From an uncultured Bacilli bacterium (GTDB lineage Bacteria; Bacillota_I; Bacilli_A; RFN20; CAG-449): 64,000 nucleotides of DNA. The notes beneath the pieces were generated by a model. That model saw nothing but the letters and a program-made list of their open reading frames with translations. It ran no database searches and was not told the DNA's origin. The stretch is taken from positions 318-64,317 of the forward strand of contig CALVJL010000007.1 in assembly GCA_944332075.1 (NCBI GenBank), written 5' to 3'. Shown one piece after another: positions 56,999 through 64,000 of the stretch. Positions within the stretch are counted from its first letter, which is position 1, and each line of letters begins with the position of its first letter. A program made the position numbers and the translations under genes.

Positions 56999-57382
56999 TT
57001 TATACTGATACTTTATATTACGGCTTATTTTTTGTGTTGATAATTTGTTATTCTTGAATTTTTAGAGCATAATCTTAAAAATTTTCTCTAAATAGCTACC
57101 ATAATTAAGATATCTTTTAATTACTCTATACATAAAGATAATTTTTCTTTCATTTAGCCTTAATTATATTATATTTATTAATTATATTATCTAATAATCT
57201 AATATTATTATTCATTTTTTAGAATTATCTTATTAATATGATTAAACCATAAATTATTGTATCAATTATAAATAGGGGTCATAATAGTTACTAAATGAGG
57301 GGTTAATTACATCCTTCGGGAGCTTTTTTTATTATTGACTAAGTAAAAATATATGCGACAATATTTTTAAGAGGAATAGTCA

Positions 57383-58735
57383 ATGAATAATAATATTATC
57401 ATCAAGTTAGTTTCTTTAACTTTAAAAGGAATCAAAAATGTCTCAAACGGTAAAATTACTTTTGAAGATTATCGTCATCTTCTTAAAGGCGATTTTACTT
57501 TTACCCATCCGGTAAGTGGCATCTACGGTCAAAACGGATCAGGTAAAACCGCGATTATCGAAGCAATTAAATTATTAAGAATTCTTTTGATGGGTGAAAA
57601 ATTAGCTAAAAGCGATATTAACTACATTAACTATCAAGAAAAGGAACTTTATTTAAAAAGCCAGTTCTATTTATTTTTAAACGATAATCATTATCTCATT
57701 AGTTATGAATTCACGTTAAAAGATAATCAAGGTGAATGCGAAATCATTAATGAAGGTTTATCTTATCGCTTCTTTGATTTGCAAAAGGAAAAGTTCTCCG
57801 CGAATAAATATCTTTTCCATATGGATAATCATAAATCGATCAACCAGCAATTCAATGCTTATTTTGACCATGATGAAAGATTAACATTACATGTCACCTC
57901 TAAAATTTTAAAGAGTGAATCCTTATTATTTTCGCAAGTTAGCCGCGCGTTATTAAAAGAAAAACTCGGTAATTCTTTATTAAGCGAATTAATCGATATC
58001 TTTAATTACTACGGACAAATGAAGATGGTAATCATCGGTAATGAATTCTTAGGAAATATTTCTCTAAATAAAATGATGCCGATTAATATTTATCTTGAAG
58101 ATGATGACGATATCACCTTTAATAATATTTATTTAAATTTATTAGAGCCTTCAACAATTAAAAAGAATCTCTATCCTTATTTAAAGAAGGCCTTAAATGA
58201 AGTTGATTTATTAATCAATGCGATTATTCCGCATCTGCACTTAGAAATCGGACGCGAACAACCATTACTCATGAAAGACGGAGAAGAAGGAATCAATTTT
58301 GAGGTGGTCACTAGAAGAGAAGATCACGTTGTCCCATTAAAATATGAATCTGAAGGCATTAAGAAGATTATCTCAGTAACCTGCGCGTTAATCGCTTGCT
58401 TTAACGATGAATCGCTTTTATTAGCGATTGATGAACTCGACGCGGGCATCCATGAATATCTGCTTGGAGAATTATTAGATATCTTCTTAGATGCGAAGGG
58501 ACAATTAATTTTCACTAGCCATAATCTGCGTCCATTAGAAAAACTTTCTAGTAAAGATGTTATTTTCACAACTACTGATAAAGATCAAAGATATATCCAT
58601 CTAAATAAAGTTGGTGAATTCACCAATCTCCGCGACTTATATATGCGGAAATTAATGCTCGGGGAAAAAGATTACCTCTACCATCAAACCGATAATTATC
58701 TAATTAAGAAAGCTCTTAGAAAGGCCGCGAAATAA
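57383..58735 (+). CDS. AAA_21 ABC-type ATPase
   Basis: GIYGQNGSGKT, ESEGIKK, IDELDAGIHE, QLIFTSHN. Confidence 0.9.
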   Translation: MNNNIIIKLVSLTLKGIKNVSNGKITFEDYRHLLKGDFTFTHPVSGIYGQNGSGKTAIIEAIKLLRILLMGEKLAKSDINYINYQEKELYLKSQFYLFLNDNHYLISYEFTLKDNQGECEIINEGLSYRFFDLQKEKFSANKYLFHMDNHKSINQQFNAYFDHDERLTLHVTSKILKSESLLFSQVSRALLKEKLGNSLLSELIDIFNYYGQMKMVIIGNEFLGNISLNKMMPINIYLEDDDDITFNNIYLNLLEPSTIKKNLYPYLKKALNEVDLLINAIIPHLHLEIGREQPLLMKDGEEGINFEVVTRREDHVVPLKYESEGIKKIISVTCALIACFNDESLLLAIDELDAGIHEYLLGELLDIFLDAKGQLIFTSHNLRPLEKLSSKDVIFTTTDKDQRYIHLNKVGEFTNLRDLYMRKLMLGEKDYLYHQTDNYLIKKALRKAAK

Positions 58736-59469
58736 TGAGAAAAATTATTTTATTCATCGTGGAAGGAACATCCGATGAATATGCCTTATCGCCGTTAATC
58801 GATAAGCTAATCAATCAAAACCTCGTCCGTTTTTCCGTTATGCGCGGAGATATTACGGCTTTTCCAGACGGAATATATAAAAATAAAAGTATTGAGGAGA
58901 GATTAGAAATCGCCTTAAAGAAATATTTACTTAAAAATCGTCCATTAAGGAAAAAAGATATTGAAAAAATTATCTTTGTTACTGATACAGATGGAGTTTT
59001 TATCCCTGATTCTTTAATTTACGAAAAAGAAGATCAAAAGTCTTTTTATTATCAAGATGACGGCTTATATTGCCAAATTAAAGAAAACGCAATTAAACGT
59101 AACCAAGTCAAAAAAGAAAATTTAACGCGGATTGTCGAAATGGAATTTCTCGATGATATTCCTTTAGAAGCTTATTATTTTTCTTGTAATCTCGACGATA
59201 CATTATATGGAGAAAAGAATCTCTCATCGCGTTTAAAAGAAGATTACGCGGATGACTTTTCCGAAAATTTTTATCTTAAAGAAGAAGATTTTATCAACTT
59301 TATCTTTAGAGATGATATCGCTAATCAAGAAGAGTATTATTCTTCTTGGGATTATATAAAAGAAAGTAACCATTCGTTATTAAGAGGAAGTAATTTTCAT
59401 ATTTTCTTTATCAGAAATTATGACGCCTTATCCGATAAAAGCAAAATAAGATTAAGTAATTTTATCTAA
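58735..59469 (+). CDS. TOPRIM-fold partner protein
   Basis: LFIVEGTSD...FVTDTDG...YYFSCNLD; TAATG overlap with the ATPase. Confidence 0.75.
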   Translation: MRKIILFIVEGTSDEYALSPLIDKLINQNLVRFSVMRGDITAFPDGIYKNKSIEERLEIALKKYLLKNRPLRKKDIEKIIFVTDTDGVFIPDSLIYEKEDQKSFYYQDDGLYCQIKENAIKRNQVKKENLTRIVEMEFLDDIPLEAYYFSCNLDDTLYGEKNLSSRLKEDYADDFSENFYLKEEDFINFIFRDDIANQEEYYSSWDYIKESNHSLLRGSNFHIFFIRNYDALSDKSKIRLSNFI

Positions 59470-59509
59470 TTCTTTACAAGTGAGGTTTTTCTTTTTAAAA
59501 TATTAACCG

Positions 59510-60082
59510 GTGAAAAACATGGACAAAGTGAAAATTTTTAAGATTTATGATGACAAACAAAAACTTCTTCGCACGACTTTAGATGAAGTTACCCTTCCTT
59601 TAGATGCGAAGACCCGTCAAACCATCATTGATATGGTCGACTATTTAAAAGCTTCTCAAGATGAAGACTTTCAAAAAGCGCATCCGAATATCCGCGCGGG
59701 AATTGGTCTCTCCGCGAATCAAATCGGAATCAACAAACGCTTTTTCGCTATCTATATGTTAGATGAAGACGGAAACGAAATTAAATATGGTTTGGTCAAT
59801 CCAAAAATCATTAAAAATTCTTTAAGAAAATGTGCGTTAAGAAGCGGTGAAGGTTGCTTATCAGTTAAAAATGACCGTCACGGCTACGTCTATCGTTACG
59901 CGAAAATTACCTTAAGAGCCTTTGATGTCTTTGAAAATAAAGTTATCGACATAAAAGCTGAAGGCTATCTCGCTATCGCTTTGCAACATGAACTAGATCA
60001 CTTAAACGGTGTTCTTTATTACGATCACATTAATAAATATAACCCGGAAGAAATAATTGATAATTCTTATCTCATCGGATAA
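59510..60082 (+). CDS. def: Peptide deformylase
   Basis: GIGLSANQIG, EGCLS, QHELDHL. Confidence 0.97.
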   Translation: MKNMDKVKIFKIYDDKQKLLRTTLDEVTLPLDAKTRQTIIDMVDYLKASQDEDFQKAHPNIRAGIGLSANQIGINKRFFAIYMLDEDGNEIKYGLVNPKIIKNSLRKCALRSGEGCLSVKNDRHGYVYRYAKITLRAFDVFENKVIDIKAEGYLAIALQHELDHLNGVLYYDHINKYNPEEIIDNSYLIG

Positions 60083-60226
60083 TGAGATTTTAATTTTTAT
60101 CTGTATTTCTCTTTGAAAAAAACGATATAAACTTTATAATAAAAGTGATTTCAATCGGTTTTTTGTGGTGAATTTTAATCATTACCATTTAATAAGGGTC
60201 TTTTTCAGAAAGGAAGGATTTATAAT

Positions 60227-61924
60227 ATGTCAGATTACCCTATCATTTCTTCTCCTGTACGCATTTATGCTTTAGGTGGTTTAGGAGAGGTCGGAAAAAA
60301 TACTTATTGCATTGAAGATGATGACAATTTAATCTTAATCGATGCCGGAGTTATGTTCCCGGAAGAAAGCGTACTCGGTATTAATTACGTGATTCCTGAC
60401 TACACTCATTTAAAAAATAATCGTTATAAAATTCGCGCGTTATTTATTACTCATGGCCATGAAGACCATATCGGAGGTATTCCGTTTTTAATTCAAAATG
60501 TCCATATTCCGGTTATATATGCACCAAAATTAGCCGCGGCTTTGATTAAGCACAAACTCGAAGAAAATAATATTCGCGATAAAGTCTTAATTCAAGAAAT
60601 CGATGAGGATTCCTTAATCAATGTCGCTGATGATTTCCGCGTTTCCTTTTTCCATATGACCCATTCCATTCCGGATTCATATGGTATCTGCGTCGATACT
60701 CCGCAAGGCAGAATCGTTACCACCGGCGACTTCAAAGTTGACTTAACTCCAGTTGATCATGATATCTCCTTAAGTAAAATCGCCCGCATCGGCGAAGAAG
60801 GTGTCGACTTATTCTTATCAGATTCAACTAATGCTGAAAAAGAAGGCTATACCCCATCAGAAAGAAGCGTTATCGATTCCATTAATGAAGTCTTTACCAA
60901 AGCGCCGGGCCGCTTAATTATTTCAACCTTCTCATCTAACGTTTCAAGAATTCAGCAAATCGTCGAAGCAGCGGTCGCTCATAAAAGAAAAATTGCAATT
61001 ATCGGCCGCTCGATGGAATCAATAATCACGATGGCGAGAAAATATGGCTATATCAAAATACCTGATTCAGCCATTCTCTCCGCGGATAATGTTAAATCAA
61101 TTAAATCCTCTTCGGAAATCTGCATTCTCTGCACGGGTTCCCAAGGTGAACCGATGGCAGCCTTAAGCAGAATTGCTAATGACGAACACCCAACAATTAA
61201 AGTTCAACCGGGTGATACCATCGTCTTCTCTTCATCAGCTATTCCAGGTAATACCGCATCAATTAACCGCGTCGTTAATAAATTAACTAGAAAAGGCGCT
61301 AATGTCTTAACTAATTCAATTCTTTCTAACCTTCACGCTTCTGGTCACCCATCAAAGCAAGAACTTAGATTAATGTTAAAATTAGTTAAGCCAAAATACT
61401 TTATGCCGGTTCACGGTGAATACCGCATGTTAAGAATTCATGCTGAATTAGCTCAAAGTTTAGGAATGGCTAAAGATCATACTTTTGTCTTAGGAAACGG
61501 CGATACCTTAGTCCTTTTCCATCACAATGTTAAGCAAGGAACTAGAATCCATGCTGATGATATCTATATTGACGGAAAAGATATTTCAGGCTTATCTACC
61601 GCGGTTATCAAAGACAGAAAAGATTTATCGCAAGACGGCATGATCAGCGTTCTTCTCGCTATCGATAGCAAGACCAACAGCTTATTAATGAAACCAAAAA
61701 TCATCTCAAGAGGTTTCTTAGCAGCATCAAATAAGACCGACTTATTATTAAATAATGCCTTAGATATTCTCGTTAAAGAATTAAATGAATTATTTAAGAG
61801 CAAAGTCACCTTTAACGAAATCAAGAATACTGTTAGAAATACCATTTCCCAAGTTATCTTCATCACGACTCATCGGACCCCGATGGTCATCCCGCTAATT
61901 ATGAATAAGATTCAAAATTATTAG
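60227..61924 (+). CDS. rnj: Ribonuclease J
   Basis: GGLGEVGKN, THGHEDHIG, HSIPD, HASGH, PVHGE. Confidence 0.97.
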   Translation: MSDYPIISSPVRIYALGGLGEVGKNTYCIEDDDNLILIDAGVMFPEESVLGINYVIPDYTHLKNNRYKIRALFITHGHEDHIGGIPFLIQNVHIPVIYAPKLAAALIKHKLEENNIRDKVLIQEIDEDSLINVADDFRVSFFHMTHSIPDSYGICVDTPQGRIVTTGDFKVDLTPVDHDISLSKIARIGEEGVDLFLSDSTNAEKEGYTPSERSVIDSINEVFTKAPGRLIISTFSSNVSRIQQIVEAAVAHKRKIAIIGRSMESIITMARKYGYIKIPDSAILSADNVKSIKSSSEICILCTGSQGEPMAALSRIANDEHPTIKVQPGDTIVFSSSAIPGNTASINRVVNKLTRKGANVLTNSILSNLHASGHPSKQELRLMLKLVKPKYFMPVHGEYRMLRIHAELAQSLGMAKDHTFVLGNGDTLVLFHHNVKQGTRIHADDIYIDGKDISGLSTAVIKDRKDLSQDGMISVLLAIDSKTNSLLMKPKIISRGFLAASNKTDLLLNNALDILVKELNELFKSKVTFNEIKNTVRNTISQVIFITTHRTPMVIPLIMNKIQNY

Positions 61925-61935
61925 GAGGTAATATC

Positions 61936-62490
61936 ATGGACGTAATCTTAGCATCTTCTTCCCCGCGCAGAGCCAAATTATTAACTCAGCTCTTTGATGA
62001 TTTCAAAATCATTCCACCAAAGATTGATGAAAGCAAGTATCCAGTTGAGACATTATCAACCGAAAAATGTAAAAAAGTCGCGTTGATGCATAAAAGCAGT
62101 TTAGTCATCGCTGCCGATACCTTTGTTTTATTAGACGGCGAAGTTATTGGAAAACCAGAAAACGATGAAGCAGCTTTTAAAATGTTAAAGTTACTTTCCG
62201 GAAAGACCCATCAAGTTATTACTTACTATACCTTTATGATGCTTTCTGAGCACCTTCTCTTTACATCATCAGCTGTTAGCAACGTCACTTTTAATGATTT
62301 AAGCGATGAAACAATAAAAAATTATATCGCTGCTTCAATGCCGTTAGATAAAGCTGGAGGATATGGCTTACAAGAAAACGATGAATTCCATTTAATCAAG
62401 GAAGTGGACGGTTCGTTAACTAACGTCATCGGTTTACCTATTGAAATGTTAAAAATTGATCTTAACCGTTTAGGATTTAAGACTAAATAA
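61936..62490 (+). CDS. maf: Maf nucleotide pyrophosphatase
   Basis: ILASSSPRR, AADT, GKP, DKAGGY, NVIGLP. Confidence 0.96.
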   Translation: MDVILASSSPRRAKLLTQLFDDFKIIPPKIDESKYPVETLSTEKCKKVALMHKSSLVIAADTFVLLDGEVIGKPENDEAAFKMLKLLSGKTHQVITYYTFMMLSEHLLFTSSAVSNVTFNDLSDETIKNYIAASMPLDKAGGYGLQENDEFHLIKEVDGSLTNVIGLPIEMLKIDLNRLGFKTK

Positions 62491-62530
62491 CAAAGCTTCG
62501 GCTTTGTTTTTTTATAAAAAAAGCGAACTA

Positions 62531-62893
62531 TTATTGTTCGCTTAAGAACTGTTCGATTTCTTTAGTTTCTTCACCGATAACTAAGGTAATTTTATTTGAC
62601 ATTTTAATTAAAGAAGCTACGCCGCATTTTTTTAACTCTTCATCATCGACTAAGGTATAATCTTTTAAAGTTAATGATAGTCTTGAACCATTAGCTTTAT
62701 AAGTTAAGATATTATCTCTGCCACCTAAAGCTAAAATGATTTTATTATCAGCCTCTCTTCTTTCCCGGAAATAAGCCTTTTTCTTATTGTTTTTAACAAT
62801 TAAGACAACTGCAATTATAATTACTGCGATAACAATAACTGCTCCGATAATATAATAAAGCCAATTAAGGTTAAAATTATTTGCTAAGTACAT
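62531..62893 (-). CDS. Membrane-anchored PTS EIIB-like protein
   Basis: N-terminal TM; ALGG.DNI......SRL...LKD...VD; the catalytic Cys is absent. Confidence 0.75.
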   Translation of the reverse strand: MYLANNFNLNWLYYIIGAVIVIAVIIIAVVLIVKNNKKKAYFRERREADNKIILALGGRDNILTYKANGSRLSLTLKDYTLVDDEELKKCGVASLIKMSNKITLVIGEETKEIEQFLSEQ

Positions 62894-63682
62894 CTATTTA
62901 CTTCCTTTCACATATGACATCTTTAGTTTATCATAATAACGCATCTCTTTAAAATGTGCAAATTGAACTTTTTTATCGCTAAGGGTGATGACGATTTCTG
63001 AATTTATATCGTCATTAATCGTTTGATAAACGGTATCACCTCCGATAAATGTTCCTTTAAAATTACCTTTTAAAGTTATTTTATCGTCTTTTCTTAATAG
63101 GACAAACGAGGTAATTGATCCATAGACATTATGGTTTATCGGAGCGATTTCTCCTAAGATTAAGCCTTCGATATCCGGATGGATTAACGGTCCTCCTAAA
63201 GAACGGTTATAAGCTGTCGAGCCTAACGAGGTAGCGACGTTAAAGCCGTTTCCGCGGAAAGTTTCAATCTTCTCATCGTTAATATATAAATCGCAGGTCA
63301 ACGTATCAAAGATTTTTTCAACCCGAGCCTCATTAACAAAATACGAAGAGAAATAAGGGCTTTTAAGAGAAACTAAGCGATGAGATGAGATATTGCATTT
63401 GCCATCTTTTAATAGTGAAATAAATGTTTGATATTCATCGCTAGAGAAATCGCATAAAAAACCTAATTTACCAGTTTTAATCCCGGTAAAGACGATATTA
63501 TCAAGTTTATCGATATATTTCCTGACCGCGCGCAAAAAAGTTCCGTCCCCTCCAACTGATATCACTAAAGAAGGATTTTCTTCATCTAAGACATAATCAT
63601 CCTTTAATGAAACGAGAATCTTTTCTTTAATCTCTTGAGAAAGGGGATTTGAATTAGCATAGACAAAATAAGTGTTTTTCAT
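62894..63682 (-). CDS. nadK: NAD kinase
   Basis: GGDGT, GKLGF, NE, GSTAYNRSLGG. Confidence 0.95.
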   Translation of the reverse strand: MKNTYFVYANSNPLSQEIKEKILVSLKDDYVLDEENPSLVISVGGDGTFLRAVRKYIDKLDNIVFTGIKTGKLGFLCDFSSDEYQTFISLLKDGKCNISSHRLVSLKSPYFSSYFVNEARVEKIFDTLTCDLYINDEKIETFRGNGFNVATSLGSTAYNRSLGGPLIHPDIEGLILGEIAPINHNVYGSITSFVLLRKDDKITLKGNFKGTFIGGDTVYQTINDDINSEIVITLSDKKVQFAHFKEMRYYDKLKMSYVKGSK

Positions 63683-63797
63683 ACTTCTAATTCTAGCATT
63701 TTAATCAATATTTTTAAATGAATTAATCTACTAGATATAGAATTAAAAAATTAGATATTGTAATATATAGGTATCCTAAGATAAAGGAGTAAATGAA

Positions 63798-64000
63798 ATG
63801 CATTCAAATATTGAAATCGAATCAAAAGTTCTCTTAACAGAAGAAGAATACTTAACTCTTGTTTCTTATCTCCATCTCGAGAGATATAAAAGAATCAAGC
63901 AGGTAAATCATTATATTGATTCTCCATCACGGACTTTAAAAAACAACGATTTTGCTTTACGTGTCAGAGAATTAGATGATTTCGTATTAACCCTGAAGAC
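63798..64000 (+). CDS. CYTH-domain (YjbK-like) protein, truncated by the window
   Basis: MHSNIEIESK...QVNHYID...ALRVRE...LTLK. Confidence 0.88.
   Translation, partial: MHSNIEIESKVLLTEEEYLTLVSYLHLERYKRIKQVNHYIDSPSRTLKNNDFALRVRELDDFVLTLK

Noticed and set aside
40459-61866. Antisense or nested ORFs such as 40459..40653, 43499..43894, 50614..51027 and 61564..61866
   Set aside because: Shadows of real genes. 40459..40653 is the reverse complement of the true peptide gene 40416..40556.
1-64000. Alternative genetic code (TGA=Trp), given Mollicutes-like AT richness
   Set aside because: Long genes translate intact under code 11, Trp is TGG, and TGA ends genes at ATGA/GTGA overlaps.

Overview
Low-GC Firmicutes DNA read in the standard genetic code, probably an uncultured gut Bacilli lineage (inferred from gene content only). 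Bases 1 to about 24,445 are one arm of a prophage, with all genes on the minus strand, abutting the 3' end of a tRNA-Glu(CTC). In transcription order the arm carries: (a) a tightly coupled seven-gene defence/regulatory operon (XRE HTH, type III Mod, type III Res, an extra PD-(D/E)xK nuclease, a TcmP-like SAM-binding protein, a radical-SAM enzyme with an atypical CX3CX3C motif, and an ImmA/IrrE-HTH fusion); (b) a sigma-70-like factor and a DUF2800/DUF2815/PolA/VirE/VRR-NUC/SNF2 replication module; (c) an ArpU/RinA-like activator and the start of the late region (TerS-like protein, ParB-methyltransferase, a phage MetK, HNH, cos-like site, amidoligase). Bases 24.5-64 kb are host chromosome: gltX, yitT, coaD, rsmD, ylbF, a DtxR-family regulator with a CydDC-like ABC operon, MATE, an acyl-CoA ligase, a LytTR two-component system beside a GH3/Ig-like lipoprotein locus, def, rnj, maf, NAD kinase and CYTH. 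An AT-rich islet at about 37.5-44.6 kb holds an orphan TOPRIM fragment, an RloA/RloB-like pair, and two tandem cassettes each made of a large secreted protein followed by a 46-aa YxxP peptide. The best candidates for undescribed biology are the nuclease+TcmP+radical-SAM module, the secreted-protein/peptide cassettes, and a ~250-nt multi-stem RNA switch candidate behind DtxR-type boxes. All family calls come from motif recognition by eye; no database searches were run.
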